From Candidatus Woesearchaeota archaeon (GTDB lineage Archaea > Nanobdellota > Nanobdellia > Woesearchaeales > ARS49), in assembly GCA_016203225.1 (NCBI GenBank), contig JACQNC010000014.1, positions 91,715 through 155,714 of the forward strand: a DNA stretch of 64,000 nucleotides, given 5' to 3'. The first letter of the stretch is position 1; each line of letters opens with the position of its first letter. Shown here in pieces: positions 28,960-37,441 of the stretch. The position numbers were made by a program, and so were the translations under genes. The notes beneath the pieces are model-generated. The model had not been told where the DNA came from and ran no database searches. It was given only the letters and a program-made list of their open reading frames with translations.

Positions 28960-29598
28960 ATCGGAGAATTACACAAAGCCCAACGCGTCGGCGTGTTCGT
29001 CGACGTGCAGAACCTCTACTACTCCGCGAAATTCACGCACAGCGCGCTCCCGAACTTCAGGCCGATACTCGATGATGTAGTCCGCGGCCGTACGCTCGTC
29101 AGGGCGATCGCGTATGTCATCCGCGCCGAGGAAGTCAACCGAGAGGAATTCTTCAACGTCCTATCGAACATGGGTTTCGAGATCCGCGCCAAGGACGTCC
29201 AAGTCTTCGCCGATGGCGCCAAGAAGGGCGACTGGGACATCGGAATCGCGATGGACGCCATCGAGCTCGCGCCCAGGCTAGACACGATAATAATCGTGTC
29301 AGGCGACGGCGACTTCGTGCCGTTGGTTGAACACCTGCGTAGAGCGCTCGGCTGCCGAGTCGAAGCGGCCGCGTACGGCAAGAACACGTCGCAGAAACTG
29401 ATCGAAGCGGTCGACCTGTTCACCGATCTCGACAAGAACCCGAAATACCTGCGCGGCCATAGACCGCACGAGGAACGTCACGGCGAGATAGACACGCACG
29501 CGGTCAAGGCAGTGACTGAGCTACGGACAGAGATAACCAGTGCACCATCTCAACGGCCGAGACAGCAGATGCGCAGGCGCAGACCACAACGGAAGTGA
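28960..29598 (+). CDS. NYN/LabA (DUF88) PIN-fold nuclease; probable ATC start
   Basis: QRVGVFVDVQN, KGDWD.GIAMDA, SGDGDFVP; conserved region begins upstream of GTG 28993. Confidence 0.88.
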   Translation: MGELHKAQRVGVFVDVQNLYYSAKFTHSALPNFRPILDDVVRGRTLVRAIAYVIRAEEVNREEFFNVLSNMGFEIRAKDVQVFADGAKKGDWDIGIAMDAIELAPRLDTIIIVSGDGDFVPLVEHLRRALGCRVEAAAYGKNTSQKLIEAVDLFTDLDKNPKYLRGHRPHEERHGEIDTHAVKAVTELRTEITSAPSQRPRQQMRRRRPQRK

Positions 29599-29602
29599 GA
29601 CC

Positions 29603-29926
29603 ATGTTGAGCATCACATCGCAGAATTTCCGGTCTGAAGTCTTGGGCAGCAAGCTGCCGGTCATAGTCGATTTCTGGGCAGAATGGTGCGGCCCCTGCCG
29701 CATGCTCGGCCCGGTGTTCGAGAAAGTCTCGAAGGACTTCGCAGGCAAGATGACGTTCGCGAAGCTGAACGTCGACACGTCGCCCGAGCTCGCGCAGAAG
29801 TACGACGTGCGCGGCATCCCGTGCATGATCATATTCAAGAACGGCAAGGAAGCAGATAGATTGGTAGGTGCGCTTTCTGAGAGTATCTTGCGCGAGAAGA
29901 TCACGTCTGCGTTGAGAAGCCCTTGA
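29603..29926 (+). CDS. trxA: Thioredoxin
   Basis: VDFWAEWCGPC, VRGIP. Confidence 0.95.
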   Translation: MLSITSQNFRSEVLGSKLPVIVDFWAEWCGPCRMLGPVFEKVSKDFAGKMTFAKLNVDTSPELAQKYDVRGIPCMIIFKNGKEADRLVGALSESILREKITSALRSP

Positions 29927-30015
29927 TTATGCTTGGTTCTGACGGTGGAATGCCTATCCGTCAAAATTGCTGAAGAAGGTGAAGGTTTTTAAGTCGGTAA
30001 ATCATATTCTGTCTT

Positions 30016-30597
30016 ATGGATGCGAAAGAGATCTTTGAATTGGATTTAAACAAGATTGGTTTTGATCAAAGAATATCTGCAGCAGATGGCAAGAGTAGAG
30101 CTCAACAAGTCTATGTTTGGCTTGCAGGCAAGGTGACCTATGATGATGACCTTGCAATAAAGAAGATGCACGTTGAAGCATCAGGGCCTAATGCTGATCC
30201 GCGTCTCTCGCGTGAAGTGCGAAGCATTCAACGTACTGCGCAACAAGTTATCGAAGGGGGTAAAGGAGTTTGTATCGAGCTCGCAGTTGCCTATGTCGCT
30301 TTGGCCAACATGTGTGGTTTAGACGCACATGTGGCACAGGTCCGCGAATCTTGCTTTGGCGAGAAATTCCACCAGAAAGGTGCACCATGGGGCCACGTAT
30401 GTGCGGCAGTTACTTTTCAGGAGACTATCGCGGTGGATTTAGATCAAGCATATAACAAACAAGGCATAACAATCAATGAAAAACCGAGCGGCTTCCAAGT
30501 GCCCCATCGAAAGCTTGAACGCATGCCACTTGAGCGATTATTGTTTGTATATGACTCTGCAGAAATGTTTGCGCAAATGTACGAAGAATCGGATTGA
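30016..30597 (+). CDS. Transglutaminase-like domain protein
   Basis: GKGVCIELA, GHVCAAV, VDLD (Cys-His-Asp); visibly AT-richer than flanks. Confidence 0.7.
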   Translation: MDAKEIFELDLNKIGFDQRISAADGKSRAQQVYVWLAGKVTYDDDLAIKKMHVEASGPNADPRLSREVRSIQRTAQQVIEGGKGVCIELAVAYVALANMCGLDAHVAQVRESCFGEKFHQKGAPWGHVCAAVTFQETIAVDLDQAYNKQGITINEKPSGFQVPHRKLERMPLERLLFVYDSAEMFAQMYEESD

Positions 30598-30625
30598 TTA
30601 AGAAATCATACCTTCTAGGAGGGTC

Positions 30626-31420
30626 TCACGCCGCGAAATACCTGCTCACTAGGTAGATCGCCATCACGCCCACTCCGAACCAGGCGAGCTGGATCAGCGA
30701 CTTCGGGAATTCCTGGTCGTGATGCAGCTCAGGGATGAGGTCTGCGGCAGCTATGTAGATGAAGCCGCCTGCGGCGAACGCCAGCAGCGCAGGTTCGGCG
30801 GACTCGACGGCCTCTGCGTAGAAGAACGCGACCAGCGCTCCGAGAACGGCCGTGAGCGCAGTGAGGAAGTTGTAGAACAAAGCTCTCGTCCGGCTCAGGC
30901 CTGAATAGATAAGGACGCTGAAGTCGCCTATCTCCTGGGGGATCTCATGCAGGATCACCGCGAGCGTGGTGACGACGCCCAATCCGGGATTGACGACGAA
31001 CGTCGCCGCGATGATCACTCCATCGAGGAAGTTGTGCACGCCGTCGCCGAACAGGTTCAGCCAGGCGACCGGCTTCACCTGCTTCGGGTGCCCATGATGG
31101 CCGTGACCTTCGGCGTGATGCGTCTCGCATCTGCCGTTGTGGCAGTGGTACCAATACATTAGCTTCTCGACAACGAAGAACAGCACGATGCCGCCCAGAA
31201 CGAACGAGAAGATAGGCAGGCCTCCATCCGCGGCCACAGCTTCAGGTATGAGGTCGAAGAACGCCGCTGCCAGGAGCGCGCCCGCCGCGAAACTGACGAG
31301 CGGGAACATGAGTTTCTCGATGCGCTTGACGTTGAAGAACAGTAAGAACGCTCCGATGAATGAAACGATACTGACCGTGAAGACCGCCAACAGAATGGTC
31401 GCGAGCGTTGAAAATGCCAT
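30626..31420 (-). CDS. ZIP family zinc transporter
   Basis: FAAG.LL, His-rich loop, HNFLDG, HEIPQEIGD. Confidence 0.95.
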   Translation of the reverse strand: MAFSTLATILLAVFTVSIVSFIGAFLLFFNVKRIEKLMFPLVSFAAGALLAAAFFDLIPEAVAADGGLPIFSFVLGGIVLFFVVEKLMYWYHCHNGRCETHHAEGHGHHGHPKQVKPVAWLNLFGDGVHNFLDGVIIAATFVVNPGLGVVTTLAVILHEIPQEIGDFSVLIYSGLSRTRALFYNFLTALTAVLGALVAFFYAEAVESAEPALLAFAAGGFIYIAAADLIPELHHDQEFPKSLIQLAWFGVGVMAIYLVSRYFAA

Positions 31421-31508
31421 GATACCTCTTTTGCGGGAATGAGCCCTGCAAGATTTAAAAGCGTTGTGGTCGCATAACGTTTAAAAAGGCAGCCGCTGTT
31501 GCAGCCTT

Positions 31509-32171
31509 GTGCTCAAAAAACCGGTGATAGTGGTCAATTTCAAGGCCTATAAGGAGGCCACTGGCGTGAACGCGGTCAAGCTCGCGAAAGTCTGCGACCA
31601 CATCGCGCTGGAGCTCAACGCGAACATCGCAGTCGCCGTGCAAGCCGTTGATCTCTTCAGGGTAGCGGCGGCCGTCAAGATCCCTGTGCTTTGCCAGCAC
31701 GTGGACGGGGTCAACTACGGCCAACACACCGGCGCGATACTGCCTGAGGCGATCGTGCAGGCCGGCGGCGCAGGAAGCCTGATCAACCACAGCGAATGGC
31801 GCATCCCCCTTCCGAACATCGACGCCGCCATAAGGCACTGCAGACCATTGGGGCTGGACGTCATCGCGTGCGCAGACACTCCCGCCAACGCGAAGGCGGT
31901 CGCAGCGTTGAGCCCGTCATTCCTCGCGATCGAGCCGCCTGAACTGATCGGCGGCAACATGTCTGTGTCCGTGGCGCGCCCTGAAGTCATCACCGAGACG
32001 ACGAGCGTAGTCAAGCGTGTCCCTGTGCTGTGCGGCGCGGGCGTGCACACCCGCGACGACGTCGCGAAAGCGATCGAGCTCGGCGCTGTCGGCGTCTTGG
32101 TCTCTTCGGGCGTCGTGTTGTCGAAGAATCCTGAAGCCGTCTTGAAGGAATTGGTTGTGGGGCTGGGATAG
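31509..32171 (+). CDS. tpiA: Triosephosphate isomerase (archaeal type)
   Basis: VNFKAY, INHSE, IEPPELIG, LCGAG. Confidence 0.95.
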   Translation: MLKKPVIVVNFKAYKEATGVNAVKLAKVCDHIALELNANIAVAVQAVDLFRVAAAVKIPVLCQHVDGVNYGQHTGAILPEAIVQAGGAGSLINHSEWRIPLPNIDAAIRHCRPLGLDVIACADTPANAKAVAALSPSFLAIEPPELIGGNMSVSVARPEVITETTSVVKRVPVLCGAGVHTRDDVAKAIELGAVGVLVSSGVVLSKNPEAVLKELVVGLG

Positions 32172-32180
32172 CGTTCTACA

Positions 32181-32297
32181 CGTTCTCGTCCCAGGCGTGA
32201 TGAGTTTCGCCACGATTGACCTCGCGTTACCGCTATCGATTCTATTCCAATAACGCGACTACAAACCTGCTTGGGCACTTAGCCTGGGGGAGAAAGC
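32181..32297 (+). repeat. Dispersed palindromic intergenic repeat, copy 5
   Basis: GTCCCAGGCGTGATGAG...CACGATTGACCTCGCGTTA...TAACGCGACTACAAACCTGCTTGGG...GCCTGGG. Confidence 0.9.
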
Positions 32298-32309
32298 CTG
32301 AGAAAGTCC

Positions 32310-32921
32310 TTACGGGACTTCGACGAATATCTTGTAGATCTTCTTCGTGTACCAGACGCTCAAGTCAGAGTTCGCATCGCACGTGCCGGGTGGCGTCGCG
32401 CCGTATTGAGAGACGTCCCACACGCACACGTTGAACGAGTACGTGCCTTGCGGCGTGGGGGCGTTATCGGCGATGCTGTCGCCCACCACGACCCGGATGG
32501 GAATCGCTTGGTAGTCATTGTTCTTTATCGCGTGCGGGCCAGGCGAGTAAAGCACCCAGTTGTTCGTGATGTAGACCGGAGAGGTCTCCATTATCTCGGT
32601 CTCCTGTGCGTCGAACCCTTTGCTGAACTCCACGCTCACTCCGAACTCTGAATTCCGGCCGAGCACGTTCTGCACGCCAAGCCAGAACGTCGCGCCCTTG
32701 CCGCGCGAAAGACGCGCCTTGTTCAACGGGATCGCTACGATGTTGCCGTCGCGGATGAGAGACACGAGCTGAGCCTCCGTGTCGCGGTCGAGCTCCTGCC
32801 TGAACTCCTCGGTCGTCGTGTAGAACTGGCGCAGGAACCACAACGATCCCGCGAAGATGATGACTGTCAGTATCAGGATGACGAAGAAACCGATGCTCAG
32901 CTCGAAACCTCTTTTGTCCAT
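32310..32921 (-). CDS. Pilin-like protein with class III signal peptide
   Basis: MDKRG|FELSIGFFVILILTVIIF. Confidence 0.75.
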   Translation of the reverse strand: MDKRGFELSIGFFVILILTVIIFAGSLWFLRQFYTTTEEFRQELDRDTEAQLVSLIRDGNIVAIPLNKARLSRGKGATFWLGVQNVLGRNSEFGVSVEFSKGFDAQETEIMETSPVYITNNWVLYSPGPHAIKNNDYQAIPIRVVVGDSIADNAPTPQGTYSFNVCVWDVSQYGATPPGTCDANSDLSVWYTKKIYKIFVEVP

Positions 32922-32949
32922 GCGTCAAACATCCGTTGTAGGCCTTACA

Positions 32950-33049
32950 TTTCTGCCCAAGCACGATTGACGTCGCGTTATCGGCGTCGAATCGACTGCA
33001 ATGAGGCAACTACAAACCTGCCTGGGCACGAGCAGCTTGGGAAGCAACG
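32950..33049 (+). repeat. Dispersed palindromic intergenic repeat, copy 6
   Basis: TGCCCAAGCACGATTGACGTCGCGTTATCGGCGTCGAATCGACTGCAATGAGGCAACTACAAACCTGCCTGGGCA. Confidence 0.9.
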
Positions 33050-33052
33050 ATT

Positions 33053-34441
33053 TCAAATGCTTCCCGGGGTTATGAACGTGATCTTCTCCAACGATTTCGT
33101 GAACGTGCCCTTCTTGACCTGGGCGTTCTGTTCGTACGAGTATGCGACGCTCAACGTCACCGTGTGCTGCGCCTCGGGACGCGCGACGAACGTGATGGGG
33201 ACGTCTGCAGTGACGGTCTGGCCAACGGCGTTCAATTCCTGGTTGACGACGACGAACCCCAGCTCCTTGCTGCCGTCGAGGGCGCGCACGGTCTCGATCC
33301 TGACCTTGCTGATGCCTGCCTGGACCTCGTATAGTGTGAATTCGGCGCGCAAGCGCTCCGTGACTGTGTTGAACGGCTTGTTGTACGTGTACCGATTGTT
33401 CAGGTGGAAGATGTTGAGGTTGCGGTCGTCGAACAGCGACACGGGCGTGACCTGGATTCCTGATCGCACCTGCGCGACGCACGCCTGAGACTGGCAGCCC
33501 AGGTCCATGTACTGGCCGGCGCTCCCCGAACAGGGCCCGCAGTCTGCTGCGCAGGTGCACTTGTTCTCGTTTCCGTCGCACTGGAAGTTGCCGCACGCGC
33601 CCGCGATAGGGGTGTGCTCGCAGAAGAACTGCGTCTCCGGCCCGCACGTGTCCTCGGTGCCTGCGTTGCCGTCGTCGCAGTCAGGACAGCCGTAATCGAC
33701 GTTAGGCTTGACCCACAAGAACGTCGTGCCGCGGTACGGGCTCAGGAGTTGGCCTGTCTTGCGCTGCGAAGATATAGTGTATTCGTAGTCGATCTTGAGC
33801 TGAGGATCGGTCACAGATCCCTCGAGGTCAGCCGTGACCAAATCGAGATGCAGGTCGTCGCTCACGGCGGCGCCCTTGCCAGAGAACGGCTTGTTCGCGT
33901 CACTGTCGATCAGGATGACGTTCTGCTTGTTTTTGAGCGCAGAGAGCTCGTAGCCGATGATGCGCACGTCGCTCGCGCCGGTCGCGATGGTGTCGAGCGT
34001 AGTCCGGACAGTGAACGGGTCGCGCTTGAAGTTGAACGGCTGGTTGTAAGTGACAGTGACCTTGAACTGGTTGCCCAGGCTGTTTATCGGGTTGGTGACG
34101 CTCACTGGCTTCACGTTCGCCTGAGGCACGGCGATGCTGCACACCGTGTCATCATTGATGCAGGTCTTCTGCAGAAGCGTGCTGCCCGGAACCGCGCCCG
34201 CGCACGTGCCGCAATCGGCTGCGCAGATGCACTCGTTCTCTGTGGTTTCACACTGGCCGTTCCCGCACGCGCCAGGGATCGGCGTGCGGACGCACTTGTT
34301 GTCGACACAACTGCTCGTGTATCCCTGCTTGTCGCAATCAGCTGCCTTTGCGCACTCCTTCTTTGCGCAGCCGGCGAGTATTATGGCGAAAGCAAGAAGA
34401 CCTACGAACAGTACGACCTTCACACCCTTTTTCATGGTCAT
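33053..34441 (-). CDS. Cys-rich surface lipoprotein with internal duplication
   Basis: LAGC lipobox; two CGN..C...EN.C.C.ADCG.C modules, each followed by a TYN.PFN beta domain. Confidence 0.8.
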   Translation of the reverse strand: MTMKKGVKVVLFVGLLAFAIILAGCAKKECAKAADCDKQGYTSSCVDNKCVRTPIPGACGNGQCETTENECICAADCGTCAGAVPGSTLLQKTCINDDTVCSIAVPQANVKPVSVTNPINSLGNQFKVTVTYNQPFNFKRDPFTVRTTLDTIATGASDVRIIGYELSALKNKQNVILIDSDANKPFSGKGAAVSDDLHLDLVTADLEGSVTDPQLKIDYEYTISSQRKTGQLLSPYRGTTFLWVKPNVDYGCPDCDDGNAGTEDTCGPETQFFCEHTPIAGACGNFQCDGNENKCTCAADCGPCSGSAGQYMDLGCQSQACVAQVRSGIQVTPVSLFDDRNLNIFHLNNRYTYNKPFNTVTERLRAEFTLYEVQAGISKVRIETVRALDGSKELGFVVVNQELNAVGQTVTADVPITFVARPEAQHTVTLSVAYSYEQNAQVKKGTFTKSLEKITFITPGSI

Positions 34442-34476
34442 GCGTTAACAGAGGATGCTATAAAAACTTGCTGTTC

Positions 34477-34594
34477 CGTTGCAGTCCCCGCGTTTCTTCC
34501 CAGGCACGATTGACGTGGCATCATCGGTATCGATTCAATAGTCATAACACCACTACCAACCTGCGTGGGAATCATCACGCCTGGGACAGCAATG
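34477..34594 (+). repeat. Dispersed palindromic intergenic repeat, copy 7
   Basis: CCCAGGCACGATTGACGTGG...TATCGATTCAATAG...CCACTACCAACCTGCGTGGG plus ATCATCACGCCTGGGAC. Confidence 0.9.
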
Positions 34595-34602
34595 TTTTGG
34601 TC

Positions 34603-34815
34603 TCAGTTGAACTTCCCTTCCTTGCTCAATCCTGAGATGGCTGCCTGGAGCTTCTCGGCGTACTTCATCAGGTCCTTCTCCATCTCGTCGACCATCTTGC
34701 CGCACAACGGGTGGTTGGCGTCGGCGGCGTCCTTCTTGTAGTACTGCTTGATGCGCCAGATGATGCTCTTGACGTCAGCGAGAAGGCGGGTCTTGTTATA
34801 ATTACAGTTCTGCAT
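34603..34815 (-). CDS. Small helical (ferritin-like half) hypothetical protein
   Basis: GAGGTGA RBS 5 nt before ATG; MQNCNYN...YYKKDA. Confidence 0.7.
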   Translation of the reverse strand: MQNCNYNKTRLLADVKSIIWRIKQYYKKDAADANHPLCGKMVDEMEKDLMKYAEKLQAAISGLSKEGKFN

Positions 34816-34987
34816 CGCGGTCACCTCTTTCAGGAGGGTTTTAGGAAACGCGCTTATTAAGGTTTCGCGAATTTGGGCGCAGTAGAGAGTCTCGCGCTCA
34901 CATGCTTGCCCCATTATGATCTGCCGCAAGCATCACGGAAAAGCTTTTATCTTTCCTCAACCAAATCCGCTGAAAAAAGGTGATGTG

Positions 34988-35788
34988 GTGCGACTCAGAC
35001 AGCTATTCCTGGCAGTGACGCTCGCGTTCCTGCTCGCGCCTCTCGCGCTCGCCCACGAAGGCGAGAGCGAAGCAGCAGAGCTCTTCGAGAACGCGATGGT
35101 CTGGCTGAACTTCGCGGCGGCCGTCGCGTGCGTGATAGTCGCGTTCGCGACAATGAACCGCGCAGGCAGCATCCTTGGTCGTGCATACGTCTTCATCACG
35201 GCGAGCATACTATTCTTCACCGGCATCCGCCTATTCTTTTTCCTAACTGAAAGCACATCAGTTATCGCCGTCACCGAGGCCACGCGCGCGGTCTGGTGGC
35301 ATATCATGTTCTACACCGCGACCGGATTGTTCCTTGCCGCGCTCAACGCGCTACGCACATTCAGGAAAGTGGAACGCACGGACATGACTACGCTCGCGAC
35401 CTTCTTCGCACTCGGCGGCTGGCTCGTACTCCTGTTCGCCCTCGCCATGCCGCTTGACTCTTGGACCGCGGGCTGGTTCGAGGCCACTCTCTGGGACAGG
35501 AGCGGGATCATCCACTTCATCGCGTTCGCGTTCATCGCGTACACCTGGTGGATGCTACTAAGCCTGCGCAAGACCTTCGGAAAGGTCGTCACCGCGGCAT
35601 CGGCGTCATTCCTGGTCTCGCTGGCGTTCTTCGGGTTCGTGCACCTCTGGGAACTGCTGGGCGAGAGCTGGAACGTACTCCCGTTTTCGAGTGAAGTCAT
35701 CGAACTCGTCGAAGGCCCGTTATTCCTTGTCGCGCTAATCGCATTCCTTGCAGCACTCTGGAGGATCAGGTCAGCCCTGCCTAAATGA
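34988..35788 (+). CDS. Multi-pass membrane protein with internal duplication
   Basis: Signal peptide ending ALA|HEGE; two similar halves (...ES..V.....FLAAL..R). Confidence 0.75.
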   Translation: MRLRQLFLAVTLAFLLAPLALAHEGESEAAELFENAMVWLNFAAAVACVIVAFATMNRAGSILGRAYVFITASILFFTGIRLFFFLTESTSVIAVTEATRAVWWHIMFYTATGLFLAALNALRTFRKVERTDMTTLATFFALGGWLVLLFALAMPLDSWTAGWFEATLWDRSGIIHFIAFAFIAYTWWMLLSLRKTFGKVVTAASASFLVSLAFFGFVHLWELLGESWNVLPFSSEVIELVEGPLFLVALIAFLAALWRIRSALPK

Positions 35789-36300
35789 CCATGGAACAGC
35801 TATTCGACGATTCCAACGTGACATTGGTGCTCATGAAGGAGCGCGATCTCGCAGGCCAGACGAAGCAGGTCGTCAGCCAGTTCAGCGGCACAAAACGCAT
35901 CTGCGTGTTCGCCATCGCCAAACCGGCGGCAGCTCTCGCGCGCGAACTGAAAAGCGCGGGCATCAAGGACGAACAGCTCTATTTCGTCGACGCAGTGAGC
36001 AAGTGTGCGGGGGTCAAGCCGTGCAGCAGGATAGACGCTATCGAGGACCTCACAGACATGAGCATAGCATACACCGAAGCCTTGCGCAAAGGCTGCGATG
36101 CGGGATTGCTCGCGGCGCTGGCCGTGCTCTTCTCCTATGTCGATGAGGAGACGTTGATCAAGTTCATCGCCGCGCTATCGCAGAAGACCAGGGCCCAAAA
36201 TACGCGCTTGGCTATACTCACGCTCTGGGACGAGAAAACGCATCCAGTTCTGCGCGAGGCCTTCCCATTCATGGACAAGATCCTGGACCTTCGCGCGTAA
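35785..36300 (+). CDS. KaiC/RecA-fold-like inactive ATPase domain protein
   Basis: KPAAAL..ELKSAGI....LYFVDAVS, DLTDMSIA, L..Y; no Walker A. Confidence 0.6.
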   Translation: MTMEQLFDDSNVTLVLMKERDLAGQTKQVVSQFSGTKRICVFAIAKPAAALARELKSAGIKDEQLYFVDAVSKCAGVKPCSRIDAIEDLTDMSIAYTEALRKGCDAGLLAALAVLFSYVDEETLIKFIAALSQKTRAQNTRLAILTLWDEKTHPVLREAFPFMDKILDLRA

Positions 36301-36365
36301 TCTTTATAAACCGATACCCTTTTAAGCAAGTCCAGCTACCCGCATTTCAGAAAGAGGTGACCCGC

Positions 36366-36992
36366 ATGAATAAGAAGGCAGCGCTCGAGCTGTCCATCAA
36401 CGCGATCGTCGTTCTCATCCTAGCAATCACAATCCTCGGCTTGGGAATCGGCTTCATCAGGGGCCAGTTCGGCGGCCTGAGCGAGCAGTTCACACAGGTC
36501 AGGGCCGAGATCAAGGACCAGCTCATCACCAAGATCCGCGAATCGGGCGACCTGCTCGTGTTCAACCGCGCCGAGCTCGAGGTGGCGACGGGCAAGAAGG
36601 ACACGTTCTACATCGGGGTCAAGAACACGGAAAGCAACCCTGACGGAGACACCGTCTGTTACCAGATAGGCGTCAAGTGCATCCGCTCACTGAAATCGGA
36701 CAACTCCTGCACGCCGGACATCCAAGGCGACGCGGGCAACAACATCGTCGTCGGCGGAAAGGTCGACGGCCAAGGCGCGGACCAGGTAACGTGGTTCCAG
36801 GTGTTCGACACCGTCGACATCAAGAATCTCGACGTCGGCGTCTATCCAGTCACGGTGCAGATCGCGAAGGGCAAGCCAGACACGTACGCGATGGAGATCA
36901 TCGTGGCGAAAGACAGCCAGAACGGCGACTGCAGCCGTGGCGGCGTGTTCACACGCTACCAGAGCAAACAGTTCTTCGTAGTGCTCTCCTGA
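36366..36992 (+). CDS. Pilin-like protein with class III signal peptide
   Basis: MNKKA|ALELSINAIVVLILAITILGLGIGFI; GAGGTGA RBS. Confidence 0.78.
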   Translation: MNKKAALELSINAIVVLILAITILGLGIGFIRGQFGGLSEQFTQVRAEIKDQLITKIRESGDLLVFNRAELEVATGKKDTFYIGVKNTESNPDGDTVCYQIGVKCIRSLKSDNSCTPDIQGDAGNNIVVGGKVDGQGADQVTWFQVFDTVDIKNLDVGVYPVTVQIAKGKPDTYAMEIIVAKDSQNGDCSRGGVFTRYQSKQFFVVLS

Positions 36993-37000
36993 GGAAAAAC

Positions 37001-37228
37001 ATGGCACACCACAAGATGAAGCGGCGATTGTCGTCCAGCGAGGAGTTCGAGGTCATGAAGCTCGTGCTGGACAAATTCCTCTGGCTCGGAACTGCCTTCC
37101 TCGCGTGGGGACTCTACACGGTGCTGACCGCGGATTTCGCGTCCGGCATGTACCGTATCCTCATCGGAGCCTTGCTGTTCATAGTCTTCGCGGGCATCAT
37201 CGTCCGCGAATTCGAGATGATAAGGTAA
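37001..37228 (+). CDS. Small 2-TM protein
   Basis: EEFEVMKLVLDKFLWLG...IVREFE; GAGG RBS. Confidence 0.7.
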   Translation: MAHHKMKRRLSSSEEFEVMKLVLDKFLWLGTAFLAWGLYTVLTADFASGMYRILIGALLFIVFAGIIVREFEMIR

Positions 37229-37253
37229 AGGGTTCTTCATTTCTTTGCTTTCC

Positions 37254-37400
37254 CGTTGCAGGCCTGCTCGCGCCCCAGCGTGATGAGTTTTGCCACGATT
37301 GACGTCGTTTTATCGGTGTCGAATCAATAGCGATAACACCACTACAAACCTGCAGGGGTAGCTGTGCTTTAGCTCATCACGCTTGGGAACGTGGGTGCAA
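37254..37400 (+). repeat. Dispersed palindromic intergenic repeat, copy 8 (both outer arms)
   Basis: CCCAGCGTGATGAG...CACGATTGACGTCG...CCACTACAAACCTGC...CTCATCACGCTTGGG. Confidence 0.9.
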
Positions 37401-37441
37401 GGAGCATAACGCATTTATAGCACTGATTCAGGCTCACAATT

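Noticed and set aside
32950..34594. Repeats as integron attC sites
   Set aside because: No RYYYAAC/GTTRRRY ends in gene orientation, no integrase, and copies also follow housekeeping genes on either strand
32181..37400. Repeats as a CRISPR array
   Set aside because: Copies are 60+ bp, divergent and separated by whole genes; there are no regular spacers and no cas genes
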